Source of the DNA: Candidatus Sericytochromatia bacterium
GTDB lineage: Bacteria > Cyanobacteriota > Sericytochromatia > S15B-MN24 > JAQBPE01
Reading direction: 5' to 3'
Assembly (NCBI GenBank): GCA_040400605.1
Contig: JBBAPZ010000002.1
Coordinates: forward strand, 97,576-161,575
Length of the DNA stretch: 64,000 nucleotides
Position numbers and translations under genes: made by a program. The notes beneath the pieces were generated by a model. That model had not been told where the DNA came from, did not search any database, and saw only the letters and a program-made list of their open reading frames with translations. Below, in pieces: positions 9,076 through 17,593 of the stretch (positions are counted from its first letter, which is position 1; every line of letters begins with the position of its first letter).

Positions 9076-10593
9076 TTGACACTCGACCAGATCCGGAAAG
9101 ATGCTGAAGCCCGCAACCAGGCGATTGGCCGGGAATATTATCCGCACGGCGCGGGATTGCGTGATTCGCTGGATCTGGCATCCGTGATGAACCAATTTGC
9201 CGCATTGAATGAGCGCGCGACGATTGACACCATTTTGCAGGCACTGCGGGCGGAGCAAGACCCGCTTGAGGCTCGGCGTCTGGCCAATTTGCTCGGAGAT
9301 TGCCTGGAGGGCTATCTCAATACCGAGATTGCACACTTTGAGGATCTCGTTGCGACGACCGAATCACGTAGCAAAGTTGAGGTGAACGGTCAGGCGGTTC
9401 CTTATCGGCAGGCTGTGTCGGTGATCAGCAACACGCATGATCGTCTGGAACGTCTGGCCATCGAAAAATCCCGTTGGGACGTGGCAAAACGAGTGAACCT
9501 GCATCGACGGGCCGCGCTTGAGAAGGTCCGGAACCTGATCCGGCAGGAACTCGGCTATGAGGACTACATCAGCTTTTACCAGACACTCAAAGGCGTTGAT
9601 TTTTACGCACTTGACACGTTGATGGGGCAGTTTTTGGCGGATACCGACGCACTGTATCACGCGCGTCTGGCGATCTGGTTGCGTGAAGAACTTCAAGCCA
9701 ACCCCGATGAATGTTATCGGCACGACATCAGCTACATCATGCGCGCTGCCGGATTCGACCCGTACTTTCCGGAAGACAAGCTGCTTGAAACCCTTCAAAA
9801 TACCTTGAAAAATTTGGGCATCGACATGATGCAGCAAACAAACATCACGTGGGATATCGAAAAACGGCCCACGAAAGCACCGCGAGCGTTTGTTGTCGCA
9901 ACGGCCGTGCCACAGGAGGTCTTCCTCGTCGTTCAACCCAAAGGGGGACGCGACGATTACGCCGCGTTGTTGCATGAAAGCGGCCATGCCGAGCATTTTG
10001 GCAATACGGATCCCGAGTTGCCATATGAGTTTCGATTCCTCGGTGATTATGCCGTCACGGAGTGTTTTGCCTTCACGATGGAGTTGTTGACGCTCGATGC
10101 CAATTGGTTGAAGCAGAATCTTGATATGCCTGAGTCGGTGATCAAGCCCTATCAAGAATACATGTCTACGGTGTTGCTCTATTTGGTACGACGTTTTGCA
10201 TCCAAGCTGAGATACGAACTGGCGTTGCATGACAACCAGGATCTCGACGGTAAGGAGCACCTGTATTCGCAGATTATGGAAGCGCATTTGGTGGTGAAAC
10301 ACGATCCCACGCTGTATCTGTCGGACGTTGATCCCGGTTTCTATTGCGCCAATTATCTGCGAGCGTGGATTATGTGGGCGCAGTTGCGCCGTTATCTGGT
10401 TCAGAATTTCGGGGCCGCTTGGTTTAACTGCAAGGATGCGGGGACCTTCTTGATGGAACTGTGGCGCACGGGTCAGAGCTTGACCGGCGAAGAACTGGTG
10501 CAGCGCTTGGGCTACGATGGGTTGGATATCGGTCCGCTCAAGGAAGAGCTCTTCAGTGTGTTCGGGATGACAGCGATGGTGAATGGTGGGTGA
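9076..10593 (+). CDS. M3-like zinc metallopeptidase (oligoendopeptidase)
   Basis: LLHESGHAEH plus downstream AVTE; AAGGAG RBS before TTG. Confidence 0.75.
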   Translation: MTLDQIRKDAEARNQAIGREYYPHGAGLRDSLDLASVMNQFAALNERATIDTILQALRAEQDPLEARRLANLLGDCLEGYLNTEIAHFEDLVATTESRSKVEVNGQAVPYRQAVSVISNTHDRLERLAIEKSRWDVAKRVNLHRRAALEKVRNLIRQELGYEDYISFYQTLKGVDFYALDTLMGQFLADTDALYHARLAIWLREELQANPDECYRHDISYIMRAAGFDPYFPEDKLLETLQNTLKNLGIDMMQQTNITWDIEKRPTKAPRAFVVATAVPQEVFLVVQPKGGRDDYAALLHESGHAEHFGNTDPELPYEFRFLGDYAVTECFAFTMELLTLDANWLKQNLDMPESVIKPYQEYMSTVLLYLVRRFASKLRYELALHDNQDLDGKEHLYSQIMEAHLVVKHDPTLYLSDVDPGFYCANYLRAWIMWAQLRRYLVQNFGAAWFNCKDAGTFLMELWRTGQSLTGEELVQRLGYDGLDIGPLKEELFSVFGMTAMVNGG

Positions 10594-11713
10594 TGCAGCC
10601 GTGCGTGTGGTGATGGTGTGTGGCAAGGGTGGCGTTGGCAAAAGCACGCTGGCGGCTGCGATGGCCCTGCGCGCCTCGCAGGCGGGAATCCGGACGCATT
10701 TGCTGTCAGCCGATCCGGCGCACAGTTTGTCAATTTTGCTTCAAAATCCGCATCAGGCGATGAGTTGGCAGGTAAACCCGTGTTTGCAAGTTCAGGAACT
10801 GGCCGGTTATCGGGCTTTTCGTGAGGATTTTCCGGAAACGATTGCGTGGGCACAGGGTATCCTGAGTCAGGAAGGCACCAGTCACGCCTTCGGCGCAGAG
10901 TTGTCGTTGTTGCCGGGCGTGGAGGAGCTGTGGATGTTGCGGCAGCTTCAGCGCCGAATTGAATCCGCGGATGCGCAATTGGTCATCGTTGATCAAGCGC
11001 CCACAGCATTTGCCCTGCGGATCTTGAGTCTGCCGGTGTTTGGCGCCTGGTACGCCAAGCACGCCTCACGGGCGCAGGACCGCTTGACGAGTCAGTTGAT
11101 GGTGCTGATGCCGATGCTGTTGGCTCAGGGTGCGCAACTGCCGGGTGCTGTCCTTGCGGAATTGCGGCTGGCCATTGAAGCGATGAAACGCTTGCCCGAA
11201 TGGTTGATTAACCCTGCCGTCACGACCACAACCCTCGTTACGACGCCGGATCCCCTTGCAGAGGCCGAGGCGCGGCTGCTGTTCAGCACACTGAGCCTTT
11301 ATGGCATCACCTGCGAACGCCTCGTGCTGAACCAGGTGTCAGAAGCCACGGAGGCGCAAGCGTGGCAAGCGCGCTTTGCCCCGTTGGCTTTCCACACGCT
11401 GGCCCGGATGACCCAAACGCCTTGGGAAAAAGCCGCTTTGACGGCTTTGGGGGAACAGATACCGCTGGCGTGGTTCGAGGCGTATCAAGGCGATGGGGCT
11501 TTCAGTGTCCGTGCTGAAGGTGCTTGTTTCACCGTGTCGCAGCAAATGCCGTTTGTGAAACCCCAAGAGGTTGAACTGGCCAAAATGGGGAATGAATTGT
11601 ACATTACATGGGGCGAGCATCGCCGCACAGTGTTGCTTCCTGATGAAGCAGCTAGTTTGCAGACCAAACGCGCCAAATTTTCGGAAGGGAGACTCACGGT
11701 CTCATTGGCTTGA
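10583..11713 (+). CDS. ArsA/Get3-family ATPase with C-terminal HSP20-like domain
   Basis: GKGGVGKST, SADPAHSL, LPGVEE, DQAPT; tail MPFV..ELYI..G..RR..LP..AKF..G.L.V. Confidence 0.85.
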   Translation: MVGDAAVRVVMVCGKGGVGKSTLAAAMALRASQAGIRTHLLSADPAHSLSILLQNPHQAMSWQVNPCLQVQELAGYRAFREDFPETIAWAQGILSQEGTSHAFGAELSLLPGVEELWMLRQLQRRIESADAQLVIVDQAPTAFALRILSLPVFGAWYAKHASRAQDRLTSQLMVLMPMLLAQGAQLPGAVLAELRLAIEAMKRLPEWLINPAVTTTTLVTTPDPLAEAEARLLFSTLSLYGITCERLVLNQVSEATEAQAWQARFAPLAFHTLARMTQTPWEKAALTALGEQIPLAWFEAYQGDGAFSVRAEGACFTVSQQMPFVKPQEVELAKMGNELYITWGEHRRTVLLPDEAASLQTKRAKFSEGRLTVSLA

Positions 11714-12345
11714 ACCGGACCGTGATCCAGGTCATGTTGCATTGCTTCACTGTCGGTGCTTTTCAGGAAAATTGCTATGTCTGGCATGAGGCCGGCGAGA
11801 TCGTGATCGTCGATCCTGGAGCGGAAGCGTCGCGGCTAATCAAAGCCATTGACAACTTACCTGGGAAGCCCGTTTGTATTTTGTTGACTCACGCGCATCT
11901 GGATCACGTGGGCGCGGTCGGCGTGCTCAAGGAGCGGTACCAGATACCGGTTCACGGCGCGTTTGAGGAGCAGGCCTTGTTGGAACAACTGCCTATGCAG
12001 TGTCAGTTGTTTGGTTTGCCACCTGTTGCGGCACCGGGTCTGGATCATGATGTGGTGGATGGGGCGGTGATTACGTGTGGGGGCTTCTCCATCGAGGCGA
12101 TTGCCACGCCGGGCCATTCACCTGGTGGACGTTGTTACCGCATCGGCGATGACGTGTTTGTCGGCGACACGATTTTCGCTGGCAGCGTCGGGCGTACGGA
12201 TCTGTGGGGCGGTTCGTGGGACGTTTTACAGCAAAGCATTCGTACGCGTATTTTTACGTTGCCGGCGCACGTCCGCCTGCACCCCGGTCATGGGCCATCC
12301 ACGACGGTTGAACAAGAGAAGCTGACCAATCCATTTTTTCAATAG
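11710..12345 (+). CDS. MBL-fold hydrolase (glyoxalase II-like)
   Basis: THAHLDH, TPGHSPG, GDTIF, GRTDL, PGHG; start uncertain. Confidence 0.92.
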   Translation: MNRTVIQVMLHCFTVGAFQENCYVWHEAGEIVIVDPGAEASRLIKAIDNLPGKPVCILLTHAHLDHVGAVGVLKERYQIPVHGAFEEQALLEQLPMQCQLFGLPPVAAPGLDHDVVDGAVITCGGFSIEAIATPGHSPGGRCYRIGDDVFVGDTIFAGSVGRTDLWGGSWDVLQQSIRTRIFTLPAHVRLHPGHGPSTTVEQEKLTNPFFQ

Positions 12346-12384
12346 ATGAGTCCCTGTTAGGCGATGCCACGATGAGGTAGGTTT

Positions 12385-13905
12385 ATGAACATTGAAGTCC
12401 GTTCGGGTGCTCTGGGTGATCACCCGTGTGAAGCTGTTGTTTTGGGATTTTACGAGGGTGAGCGATCGCTTGGTTCCCAGGCGTTGGCACTCGATGTTGC
12501 ATCGCAGGGCCTGTTGAGTGGGGTATTGGCCCAAGGTGATTTCAAGGGCAAGCTCCACCAAACCTTGCTGGTTCACACGCCGCAAAGCCCTTGCAAGCGC
12601 TTGATGCTGACGGGATTGGGCAAGCCCGGTGAGTTGAACCTGGATACGCTGCGGCAGGCGGCTGGCAAGGCTGCGGGCGCATTGCGGGAAGTGGGCGTCA
12701 AGTCGTTCACGGTGGCGCTTGCGGACAGCCTCGGCGAGGCGGTGAGTCGGAACTTTGAAACCGCGGATGTGGCGCAGGCGTTGACTGAAGGCACCTTGCT
12801 GTCGTTGTATCAGATGCAGGATTATTTTACGCGCGACCGGGATGAACTCAAGAAAGTGGCGGCGGTCTGTTTTTGGTCGGGTTCACAGATGTTGCCGGAG
12901 GCCTTTGAGGCGGGGATTGGTGTCGGTCAAACCCTGGCAGAGGTGATTCATCACGTTCGTGACCTCGTGGCGCGGCCCGGCAATGTCGTGACCGCGACCC
13001 GTTTGGCCGAGGAGGCAAAAACTGCGGGTGGGGCTGCGGGTTTGGAGGTGACGGTTCTCGATAAGTCCCAGATTGCTGAATTGGGGATGGGTGGCTTGTT
13101 AGGGGTCAATCAAGGCAGCGTGGAGCCCCCTCAATTCATCCTGATGGCGTGGCAAGGCGGGAAGAGCGAACAAGCACCGATTGCGATCATTGGCAAGGGC
13201 GTAACCTTCGATACCGGTGGGATTTCGATCAAACCGGGCGAGGGCATGGATAAAATGAAATACGACATGGCCGGCGCCGCGGCGACGATTGGCATTTTGT
13301 GCGCGGTTGCACGCCTGAAGCTGCCCCTCAATGTCATCGGGTTGATACCGGCGACCGACAACATGCCAAGTGGCTCTGCGTTGAAGCCGGGTGACGTGTT
13401 GACGACTTACAGCGGTCAGACCGTTGAGGTGCTCAATACGGATGCGGAGGGGCGGTTGATTCTTTGTGACGCCATCACCTACGCGGTGCGTGACAAAAAG
13501 GCGCAGGCCATCATTGATATGGCGACGTTGACGGGGGCTTGCGTCATTGCGCTCGGCACGGAAGGAATGGCGGTTTTGGGCAATCAGCAGGTGTTGGTGG
13601 ATCGTGTGCTGGCAGCCGGTCAGAAGACAGGCGATCGCGGTTGGCAGTTGCCCCTGTGGAAGGAATACAACGAATTGCTGCGCTCCGACATCGCCGATAT
13701 GAAAAACATCGGTGGGCGAGAGGCTGGAACCATCACTGCGGCTTGTTTTCTGCAGCGTTTTACCGAAGGGACGCCGTGGTGCCATCTGGATATCGCGGGG
13801 ACTGCCTGGACCGAGAAGGACAAGCCCTATCGTCCCAAAGGACCTACGGGTTATCCGGTGCGCGCGGTCGTTGAGGTACTGCGAAACTGGCAACCGCTTG
13901 TTTGA
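12385..13905 (+). CDS. pepA: Leucyl aminopeptidase (M17)
   Basis: GKGVTFDTGG, MKYDMAG, NTDAEGRL, ATLTGA, HLDIAG. Confidence 0.96.
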   Translation: MNIEVRSGALGDHPCEAVVLGFYEGERSLGSQALALDVASQGLLSGVLAQGDFKGKLHQTLLVHTPQSPCKRLMLTGLGKPGELNLDTLRQAAGKAAGALREVGVKSFTVALADSLGEAVSRNFETADVAQALTEGTLLSLYQMQDYFTRDRDELKKVAAVCFWSGSQMLPEAFEAGIGVGQTLAEVIHHVRDLVARPGNVVTATRLAEEAKTAGGAAGLEVTVLDKSQIAELGMGGLLGVNQGSVEPPQFILMAWQGGKSEQAPIAIIGKGVTFDTGGISIKPGEGMDKMKYDMAGAAATIGILCAVARLKLPLNVIGLIPATDNMPSGSALKPGDVLTTYSGQTVEVLNTDAEGRLILCDAITYAVRDKKAQAIIDMATLTGACVIALGTEGMAVLGNQQVLVDRVLAAGQKTGDRGWQLPLWKEYNELLRSDIADMKNIGGREAGTITAACFLQRFTEGTPWCHLDIAGTAWTEKDKPYRPKGPTGYPVRAVVEVLRNWQPLV

Positions 13906-13965
13906 GCGGTGGCTGTGGTTTCACCGGGTTGATTCCGGTCTTGGCGGGGTTGCTGGAGCGCTCTT

Positions 13966-15060
13966 ATGACGATGAGCAAGTTGGATCGCCTTCAGCGCTT
14001 GGACCTTCTGGGCGTGAGTGCGCCTTGCGCGGAGGCGGCCCCAGGCGCCATTGCCATGGATGGCGATGAGTCGCCTTGGGGCTGGTCGTCGCAATTGCAG
14101 GCGGCGATGCTTGAGGCGTGGCGCGGGGCTGCGTGGCATCGACGGCCGGGCTCAGAGCTTGCCGTGCGCCGCTTGATTGCCAGTGCGAGTGATCTGGATG
14201 CCGATTGGATCACCTTGGGCGCTGGGCATCATGTGTTGTTGGCAGATGTGCTGAAAGCGTGGGCCATTCGCGGAACGGTACTGTATCCGACGCCGACGGA
14301 TCCCATGTATGGCATCGTCGCGCACGGCCTGGGCATCACGGCCGTCGGTGTTTTGTCGGAGGCCGATTTCACGCTCGACGCCGCGCAAATGGTGCTGAGC
14401 TGTGCGAGGCATCAGGCGTGCGCCGTGATTCTCGGCCATCCGAATAACCCGACCGGCCACGCGCCATCCCCGAACGAGTTGTTGCAGGTTGTGGAGGCGT
14501 GCGACGCCTTGGTGATCGTTGATGAGACCCATTTGTTGGATCAACGCCGGTCCATGGTCTCGGTGGTTGCACAGTACGATAATTTGGTGGTTTTCAAGAA
14601 TGCCTCACCGTCTTGTCCCATGGCAGCATGGCCATTGGCTTGGGCGATTGGCCATCCACGGGTCATGGCTGAAGTCGCCAAGGTGCAGGTTCCGCATACG
14701 ATTGCGGAGGGCACGCTCTCGTGCGCGCGTTACTGGTTTGAACAGAACCAGCCGGACGATGCGGTCGTGATGGCGATCGCCACCGAACGACAACGTGTTT
14801 GCCAGGCCATGACGGGCATTCGCGGAATGGTTACCTGGCCCTCGGTGGCACCTTTCATTCTCGTTGGAACCACGTGGTCGGGCGAGGAATTGGCGTCTCG
14901 CCTGCTCGAGTTTGGCATCAAGGTGCGTGCCTTCTCCCGTTCACCCCTCATGAACTGCATTCGGGTCACGATTGGTCAACCATCAGAAAATGATGCGTTA
15001 TTGGCGGCGTTGGAAAAGCTGTTTGGTTTGGTGACACCGAACGATCCGTTATTTCCGTGA
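13966..15060 (+). CDS. HisC-like class I/II aminotransferase fold lacking the PLP lysine
   Basis: PNNPTG and RVTIG..EN retained; RTFSK motif reads KNASP, DEAY reads DETH. Confidence 0.8.
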   Translation: MTMSKLDRLQRLDLLGVSAPCAEAAPGAIAMDGDESPWGWSSQLQAAMLEAWRGAAWHRRPGSELAVRRLIASASDLDADWITLGAGHHVLLADVLKAWAIRGTVLYPTPTDPMYGIVAHGLGITAVGVLSEADFTLDAAQMVLSCARHQACAVILGHPNNPTGHAPSPNELLQVVEACDALVIVDETHLLDQRRSMVSVVAQYDNLVVFKNASPSCPMAAWPLAWAIGHPRVMAEVAKVQVPHTIAEGTLSCARYWFEQNQPDDAVVMAIATERQRVCQAMTGIRGMVTWPSVAPFILVGTTWSGEELASRLLEFGIKVRAFSRSPLMNCIRVTIGQPSENDALLAALEKLFGLVTPNDPLFP

Positions 15061-15136
15061 TGCGCCGGTCCAAGACGGTCCGAAGATTTTTTTGATCATG
15101 GTTGCGTGGGGGACAGTGGATGGCTTGGGGTGATGG

Positions 15137-16387
15137 ATGATCAAGGTGACCGGGTGGCGTGCGCACGATCTTTTGCAGGCGAGTCAGGCGCGAGCGGATG
15201 CGGTGCTTGATTTGGTGCGGGCTTTTTTGGCGCGGCCTGGGGTGGTGGACCAAGGTGATGCTTTTGGGCGTTTGTTGCTTGAAACAATGCGTGGCTGTGG
15301 GTTTGTGGATGTGGCCCGTGATGGTATGGGCAATTGCTTGGGGCGTATACGCGGGCGGGGGTTGGGCCCATCGATCCTGGTTATGTGTCCGTTGGATTCG
15401 CCTGCCGGGCCGGTTACGGGTGGGGTGAGCGAAGCGTCCGGTGAGTGTGTCTTTGATGGGGTTTATGTTCGCGGTTGGGGGGCTTGTGCCAACAAGGGTG
15501 CGCTGGCTTCCGTGTTGCAGGCGGGGGCTTTGCTGGTTGAAGCGGGGCTTGAGATTCCGGGTGACTTGATTGTGGTGGGTGTGGTTCAGAGTGAGGCGCG
15601 TGCGGAGATTGGGGTGCGTCATGTGCTGGAGCAGACATTGTTGCAGAGGGGGTGGCACGCCGATCTCGTGGTTTTGGCACATCCGACCGGATTGGGTATT
15701 GTGTTGGGGCAACGGGGTTGTTTGTCGCTTGAGTTGACGCTTGCGGGGCGGGCAATGCAGGCGGAATGGGGTCATTTGGCGCCAGCCCTGGTGAATCGCC
15801 TGCCGGATGTTTTGGCGCGGATTGCGTCGCTTGCAACGCAGATGCCGCGGCATTCCTTTTTGGAGCCGGCGAGTATTGGCGTGACAAGTGTGCGGACTGT
15901 TGCTGCGAGGCGCGGAATGTTGCCGGATCGCTTGGTTGTGGGTTTGGAGCGTCGCTGGTTGCCGCAGGAAGATGTTGATGGGGTAATTTGGCAGATACAC
16001 GAGGGTTTGAGTCCGTTGTGGGCGCAGTCGGATGATTGTTGGGGCAGTCTTGCGGTGGCGACGGTTTCTGTCGTGCGGGGTGAAGGGGGGGTGGCGGTCC
16101 CGCGTGTGCAGCAGGCGTTTTTGACGGATCGGCGGCACGGTCTGGTGGTTGATGCCTTGCAGGCCCTGCGCATGGTGGGACAGAACCCGGAAGTGGGTAA
16201 GTGGGTCTCAAGTTATGATGGTGGGTACCCGGCGGCGCTAAAAAAAATCACGACCATCGGTTATGGACCGGGCCATCCGGCGTTGGTCTACACGTTGGAT
16301 GAGCGTGTCGCGCTCAAGGAATTGGTGGCGGCGACGGCGGGTTATGCGGCGATCGCTGTCGGATTGACCGGGGTTCTGAACCGTTAG
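15137..16387 (+). CDS. M20/YgeY-like hydrolase fold lacking metal ligands
   Basis: D.MGN.LG, VRGWGA, GQRG, IGYGPG retained; HxD reads PLD, GAxD reads GACA, EE reads SE, final His reads Tyr. Confidence 0.75.
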   Translation: MIKVTGWRAHDLLQASQARADAVLDLVRAFLARPGVVDQGDAFGRLLLETMRGCGFVDVARDGMGNCLGRIRGRGLGPSILVMCPLDSPAGPVTGGVSEASGECVFDGVYVRGWGACANKGALASVLQAGALLVEAGLEIPGDLIVVGVVQSEARAEIGVRHVLEQTLLQRGWHADLVVLAHPTGLGIVLGQRGCLSLELTLAGRAMQAEWGHLAPALVNRLPDVLARIASLATQMPRHSFLEPASIGVTSVRTVAARRGMLPDRLVVGLERRWLPQEDVDGVIWQIHEGLSPLWAQSDDCWGSLAVATVSVVRGEGGVAVPRVQQAFLTDRRHGLVVDALQALRMVGQNPEVGKWVSSYDGGYPAALKKITTIGYGPGHPALVYTLDERVALKELVAATAGYAAIAVGLTGVLNR

Positions 16388-16399
16388 AGGGAGAATAAG

Positions 16400-17449
16400 G
16401 TGACATCCAAAGAGGAATTTACGCTCAAGCCCAAGTTGCACGATGGCTTGCTTGTGTTGGATCGCGAGGGCCAGGTGGTGGCTTACAACCGCGCGGCGGT
16501 GCAGGTGTTGTCGGATTGGCCGCACGAGAATGGTGACGGGCGTATCCAGTTTCTGCTTGCTGAAGCGGCGGTTCAAGGTTTCATTGCAGCGGCGTGGCAG
16601 GGTGAGAGCGGCAGTATCGAGTTGGATGATCTTGACTGGTATCCGCAACGGACGCTGGCGCTGAGTGCTTTTTCGATGGCGGATCGGCTCATTGTGTCAC
16701 TGCATGATTGGACCAGCGTTTACAAACTTGGCAGCATGCAGCAGGACTTTGTGGCGAATGTCAGCCATGAGCTGCGGACGCCCTTGACATCGATACGGAT
16801 GGCAGCTGAGTCGTTGCAGATGGGGGCGATGCGGGATGATCGCATGCGTGCCAAGTTTTTGAATAATATCCAGGGTGAGGCGGATCGGCTCACCCGATTG
16901 GTCAACGAATTGTTAACGGTTGCGAACTTAATGGGTCGTCCGGTGATTCATTTGTCGCACTTTGAAATCCAGCGTTTGGCGGAGGAAGTGCAAGGCACCT
17001 TGGAGCATCATGCGAAGCTGGCGAATGTGGTGTTGGTGGTGCAATGTGCGGCGGAGGTGCCGCCGATCGAGGCGGATCGCGATCGCTTGCAGCAGGTGTT
17101 GATCAACCTCGTGGACAATGCGATCAAGTTTACCCCGGCGGGTGGTCAAGTGACCCTTGATATCACGCTCAACCCAACAGGGCAGTCCATTGCGTGCCGT
17201 GTCATCGATTCCGGGATTGGGATCCCACCGATCGATCTACCCCGCATCTTTGAGCGTTTTTATCGGGTGGACAAAGCCAGATCGCGCGTGACGGGCGGCG
17301 TTGGACTGGGGCTTTCCATCGTGAAGGACATCATTGAAGCCCATCACGGTCAGATTATCGTCACAAGCGAAGTGAACCATGGTACCACTTTCACCATCAC
17401 GCTGCCGGTTTCGCAACCGCAGGCAACCACCCATGCGTTGCAGGCCTGA
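16400..17449 (+). CDS. Cytoplasmic PAS/HisKA sensor histidine kinase (PhoR-like)
   Basis: FVANVSHELRTPLT, NLVDNAIK, DSGIGI, FERFYRVD, GLGLSIV; no TM segment. Confidence 0.92.
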   Translation: MTSKEEFTLKPKLHDGLLVLDREGQVVAYNRAAVQVLSDWPHENGDGRIQFLLAEAAVQGFIAAAWQGESGSIELDDLDWYPQRTLALSAFSMADRLIVSLHDWTSVYKLGSMQQDFVANVSHELRTPLTSIRMAAESLQMGAMRDDRMRAKFLNNIQGEADRLTRLVNELLTVANLMGRPVIHLSHFEIQRLAEEVQGTLEHHAKLANVVLVVQCAAEVPPIEADRDRLQQVLINLVDNAIKFTPAGGQVTLDITLNPTGQSIACRVIDSGIGIPPIDLPRIFERFYRVDKARSRVTGGVGLGLSIVKDIIEAHHGQIIVTSEVNHGTTFTITLPVSQPQATTHALQA

Positions 17450-17593
17450 GCAAGCAAGGCATCCGGTCGAGGACAATTTGACTAAAAAAAAGTTCTTCGG
17501 TATGGTAGTTACTCGCATATCTTAAACTTTTGAAACTGTGCATCCCCCGTCTGCGCGTGATCGCCCTCAATAATCAAGGAGATTGGGTCTAAC

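Noticed and set aside
9364..10647. Long antisense ORFs (also 14966-16138, 21063-22004, 33245-34204)
   Set aside because: Shadow frames of well-supported genes on the opposite strand; no recognisable motifs
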